Below, piece by piece: positions 59,501-64,000 of a stretch of 64,000 nt of DNA (the first letter of the stretch is position 1; the number at the start of each line of letters is the position of its first letter). Position numbers and translations under genes: made by a program. A model generated the notes under the pieces. It saw only the letters and a list, made by a program, of their open reading frames with translations. It searched no databases and was not told the origin of the DNA. The DNA comes from Klebsormidium nitens (taxonomy: Eukaryota > Plantae > Klebsormidiophyceae). Location: contig DF237450.1 in NCBI GenBank assembly GCA_000708835.1, positions 1 through 64,000 on the forward strand. The letters are read 5' to 3'.

Positions 59501-62500
59501 CCGCTGCCACTTCCTCATGACGGGCTACACCCCCCTGACTGCGGAGCGGCAGGTAGGTTGCCATTACTTTTCGGCGCGGCCATTTCTGAGGCAGGAAGTC
59601 TGTGCAGAAAGCTGGTGAAGAAAGGGGAAACGTGTTGTGCGGAACCATTAGAGCCTTTGAACGTAAGCGGCCGCGCTTGCGTCGGGCAGTCTGTGGTGCG
59701 AGATGGTCAGGGACAGAGAAACGTGTTCTGTAAATTGATCAGGCATTCTCGAAGGCGGGGATAGCCGGGACCAGGCGGGATCACTGGAAACCAGGACCCT
59801 CTGTTGGCGCAGTCAGAAGTAGGCTCTTTGGTATCTGCAGAACGCCTCCGCCTCCCAGGCTTCTTCCGTGTGAACCGGCTGTACTTCAATGAAAAATCTG
59901 GCACTACAGACAAGGTCAGAAGCGTGAAAGGGTGTGCCGCCAGGTTGAACGACTCTGCCAAATGAAGAACATTGATTCTCCGCCTTAGCCAGGCAGCGCT
60001 CTCAGCAAGTCGCAATCGCTTTCTCCGCAGGGTAATGCTGTGCGCAAGACCTCCGTGCTGGACGTCATGAGGCGGCTGCTCCAGGTAAGTTCGTCGTCTG
60101 CCGACGTGTCCTTTGGTTGATAAAACCGCTTCTCGCCTTCTCGAACGCACATTTTCTTCTGGCCAGCGGCGCCTTCGCTTCCTTCTCTTGTCTCACTTCT
60201 TCGAGGACCCCAATTTTGGTTTGAGACCATTTACTTTCTGACTTCAGTCGCAGTGATCTGGGTGGCATTCCGAAACAGTGCAACTTGCAACTGTCAGTAG
60301 CGATTAGATATGGATCAAGGTGCAGTCGAATAGAGCATCACTGCTTCAGTCGAGCACTACTTCTTGTTGCGGCGCGCTTCGAGTAACCCATCCATCAGGC
60401 TGCCAATGCCTACGCCGATCATTGATACGACTTTCAGCACGTGCTCTGAGGGTTGGGAGCATTGATAAATAGTGCTGTTCGGAAGTCTTCTGCAGGTCAA
60501 TCTTGAGGGCATGCTTTCAGCTATTACGTCGACGGTTGACAGGGTTAGATTTAGGGGGGTCAGCTAACGTTTGCACGTTTGCGTCCCTTGTTGCAGGCCA
60601 AGAACATCATGGTCTCGTCCTACGGCCGCGCCAAGGAGGCGAGCGCCGCCAAATACATCTCAATCCTGAACATCATCCAAGGAGAGGTGGATCCAACACA
60701 AGTAAGTCTTCTCCACGTCGCCTGCTCGGCTCCTGACAGGATTCCATGTTTGGCTTCCTTGGTGCATCAGTGGACGGTCGGTGGTCATCTGTATCTTCAT
60801 TCTGGAAAGGAATGGCCTGGGGGAACTGCTCCGCGCTCGCGCGTTTGGACAAAACTCCCATGCGATCTCGTTTCAAAAACTTCTTGCGACTACTTTAAGC
60901 TCGATTCCTCGAGCCCATTATCTGAAGAAACGATGCGAAGATTCGCTCAAGGTAGTATAGACTGCGCTGCGACTCAAAGTTTGAAAAATGCGACCGACTG
61001 AGCTTGACTTGGTTTTTTTGGCTCCCAGGTACATAAAAGTTTGCAGAGAATCCGGGAACGGCGGCTGGCCAGCTTCATCGAGTGGGGCCCCGCCAGCATA
61101 CAGGTGGGCAGCCACATTGTCTTTGTATTGAGTCTCTTTTGATCTTTCAGAACACGACTGGGGTTGTCCTTCTTTCACAGACGCGTACTCATCCCGCCTG
61201 AGCCGCATGTGTTAACCCAGAAACGTTGACTCTGCGTATTGCTATCACGGCCACATGTTTGCGCGGGAATGAGGAGAGAAGTGTTTGTCAGGTACAGTGC
61301 ACGTGTGAAAGCATCTTCCCAATTCCAGCCTGGGAGTGGGCATCTTTGTTCGTTCGGACTTCGACTTGTTGCGAAGCACAAGAGTCCGCTCGGTCGTCAC
61401 CCAAGGCAGTTTCCCCTTTTAGAGTCCTTGCTTAAGTGGCAGTGTGTTTATGTCTCCATCCACGTGTCGGAGTCCCTTGACGCATCCTGATAGGCTCAAG
61501 TGCGCTCGAAAGAACGATGTCTGTCTGCCTGCGTGCAGGTCGCGCTGTCTCGAAAGTCGCCATACGTACAGACAGCACACAGGGTGAGTAGCCACTCTTT
61601 ATTGGCCCCTTTTATACTCTGTTTATGCGACCGAAAGGTGACTCTTTCTCGTTGCCTACCCGTCCTTGTGCCGTCACTCGAATCGAACTCTCCGAGGCCT
61701 CCAAGCAGTTTTGTGCAATGCTTAGAAAGCAGGGTTTCTACTACTTTGTGTTGTAAACGATGACCAAATAACCGGGGTGGGATTCAGTTTGATGTTCAGG
61801 CCTTCTGATAGGCCTCGTGCATGACCTCGCGAACTAAGAAATCACCAGACTTGTTGCTTCCCTGTTCGATCAATTCCGTTCGGCGGTTTTCTCCGTACCG
61901 CGGCATGTGACTTTGCCGTACACACTGTGCCACGTGGCCCCCTCTCATTGTGCCACGTGTCTTTGTCTGCTCTTAGGTGAGCGGGCTGATGCTGGCGAGC
62001 CACACGAGCATCCGGCACCTGTTCAGCCGCGGCGTGAGCCAGTACGAGAAGCTGATGAAGAAGCAGGCGTTCCTCGACAACTACCGCAAGTTCTCCATGT
62101 TCGCCGTGAGTCGCTCTCTTCTTGACACCATGCTTGGGGCGATGCTCCTGTCAGCCCGCTTTCTCTGAAGGTGTCAGGCCGCCGGTGCGCCAGTCAGTTA
62201 AGAAAGAGGCGTTCATCGACAAATGGGAAGCTCTCTGCGTCTGCAGTAAGTAGCTGATAGCCGTACCTCTGAGTCCAATCTCCAAGCTCCAAGATGGACC
62301 TTCTTCCACACCTTTCCGCCTCAGCCAGTTCCTGTTTCTCGTGGATCGACCTCCTTGCTTCCTTCTTATGCTTCTCATGAGGTATCCGGGCACCGGTAAA
62401 AGCATGTCAATCTCCCAGCCTTCTCAATCACTTTAAGCTCCGAGGCTTGTTTTGGCTGGTAATGCTCACTGAGGCACTTCTTGATCCCAAGACTAGAGAA

Positions 62501-63456
62501 TTTTCAGTCACGTATCACGTAAGAAAAGGAATCATGTTGTGGAAGTCATTGACACCTCGGCCCGGTGGAGCGGCCGCATCACAGTACAACAAAACCAAGG
62601 AAGAGACGAGTGCTGTCTTGACAGACCGCCTGTTCTACCCGCAATCAGTAGCTTTCCTTACAGAATGGACCGCCCATTCTGCCCGCAGTCTAAGTATCCT
62701 CTTTTGTTGCTTCAGGACAACGGTAGAACAGACCGCAAGTTCTGCCCGCAATCAGTGACTCTTTTCTCTTTTGCTTCAGGACAACGATCTGACGGAGTTC
62801 GACGAGTCCCGGGAGGTGGTCCAGAGTCTCATCGACGAGTACAAGGCGTGCGAAACGGCGGACTACATCAAATGGGGCATGGAGGTGAGGATGCGCCCCT
62901 TCGAGTACTCTGATGACGTCACGAATGGGATTGTAAATCGAGAGTACTTGGATCTGTCACTTCGCACGGATCTGTTAAGCATTTAGGGGCGGCCTTTCGG
63001 CCGTGGGCCGTAATCATAAGTCCGAAATGGAATGCCTCCTGAGAGTTATAAAACTTCAAAGGTTTGGATCGAAGTGCTATACTGGGTGTGTTCAAGGGGA
63101 CAGCTGCGCTTTCAGACGCGTCTGTATGCGTGCGCTAAAAAGCGGTCCAAGCGCACAAGGTCCCGCCAGAGCTTCTGTTCTGACTGCCGAGTTGTCGCCG
63201 TTGATTGCGGATCACGCACTGCTTGAGCAATTTGGCGAATGACATGATAACAAGAATGCAATGCTGTTCGGATTCACCCTTTCGCAGGCCCGCAAATTGT
63301 TTAAGGAAAATAAAGTTCGTGCGAGGCCTACACATTATTGCCCACGTGTGCTTTCTTGTACCTCACCCACCATCATCTTGTTTTCAGGACCGAGGAAAGA
63401 GCATGACTGATCAGGGGAATGCGTCAGGCACTATCGATTCGAGAGTCCCGCCTTAG
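56571..63456 (+). CDS. TUBG1: Gamma-tubulin (13 exons, 474 aa), first intron GC-AG
   Basis: Exons 56571-56699, 56991-57191, 57658-57769, 58296-58496, 58818-58890, 59426-59552, 60031-60084, 60597-60701, 61029-61103, 61539-61583, 61977-62105, 62780-62884, 63388-63456 (1425 nt). [93 protein letters not shown]. Confidence 0.97.
58120..58375 (+). repeat. Upstream copy of the gamma-tubulin exon 4 acceptor and about 80 nt of exon, with an in-frame stop
   Basis: aag|gtatgggctcaTAGctcctggaggcgctgaacgaccgctacggcaagaagctg (58137 onward) versus cag|gcatgggctcgTACctcctggaggcgctgaacgaccgctacggcaagaagctg (58296 onward). Confidence 0.92.
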
Positions 63457-64000
63457 TACAACCGCTCAAGCACTGCTGTCAGTCGTTGTTATCGCCGCAC
63501 AGCAACGCACACATTGCTTACAGTCTTGGCGGCCACACAACGAACGTTGTTGTACAGAGCAAAAGGTCGCCAAATCCGCAGCCGATTCCTGGGTTTGTGA
63601 CACCACACATTGGATGGCTGAAGCGAATTGTGTTGGATGGCTGAAGCGAATGGTGACGTTGCTGCATCATACTTTCTGCGGATAGTGGTGTACATACGAA
63701 TTGACCTTCCTTTCAATTCCCGAGTGAATCTGGGGCGTTAATTAGGTCCCATACTCTCTCAACCGCTTGGCCTCAGAAGTATGTATGAGCCCTTGAGGAA
63801 AAGAGCCTCTCCCTTTCAAGTCCTATATTATCATGACAGCCGTGGTGGCCTTTACCTGCATTGGACTTGGTCAGCGACTGCGCATGCGCATGCGCAATCA
63901 CGGCCTGGCCGCATGCAGCGAACGCAGAATCAAATGCATATGCATGGGCCCAAAATTGGTCATGCTAGCTGTAGCTTGGGCACCGGCCGTGGTGCTGCAT

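Noticed and set aside
63609-63652. Direct repeat ttggatggctgaagcgaat x2 in the gamma-tubulin 3' region
   Set aside because: A single short tandem duplication in a probable 3' UTR with no further structure.

Overview
Eukaryotic, intron-rich nuclear DNA. Gene content (plant-type VPE, clathrin light chain, plastid RbfA, plant-type gamma-tubulin, bacterial-type PhoD) and intron style suggest a streptophyte green alga such as Klebsormidium; this is an inference. I assembled nine protein-coding genes by hand from splice signals and reading-phase continuity: a plastid membrane protein with an internal repeat (+), PhoD alkaline phosphatase (+), an intronless F-box/LRR-like gene (-), an intronless plastid Cys-motif protein (+), a roughly 1,500-aa coiled-coil protein (-), clathrin light chain (+), RbfA (-), legumain/VPE (+) and gamma-tubulin (+). 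No rRNA, tRNA or CRISPR was recognised. The most striking unexplained structure is a recurrent set of splice-junction echo arrays. At about 17 junctions in 6 of the 7 spliced genes, the adjacent intron holds 1-5 decaying tandem copies of the splice site plus the neighbouring piece of exon. Acceptor copies always lie upstream and donor copies downstream, they often keep AG/GT, and every copy I translated runs into a stop or frameshift. Other observations: a GC-AG first intron in gamma-tubulin, alternating gene orientation with short divergent promoters, palindrome-rich tail-to-tail spacers, small inverted-repeat elements with a shared G4-like core, and two regions with unassembled minus-strand exon-like sequence.
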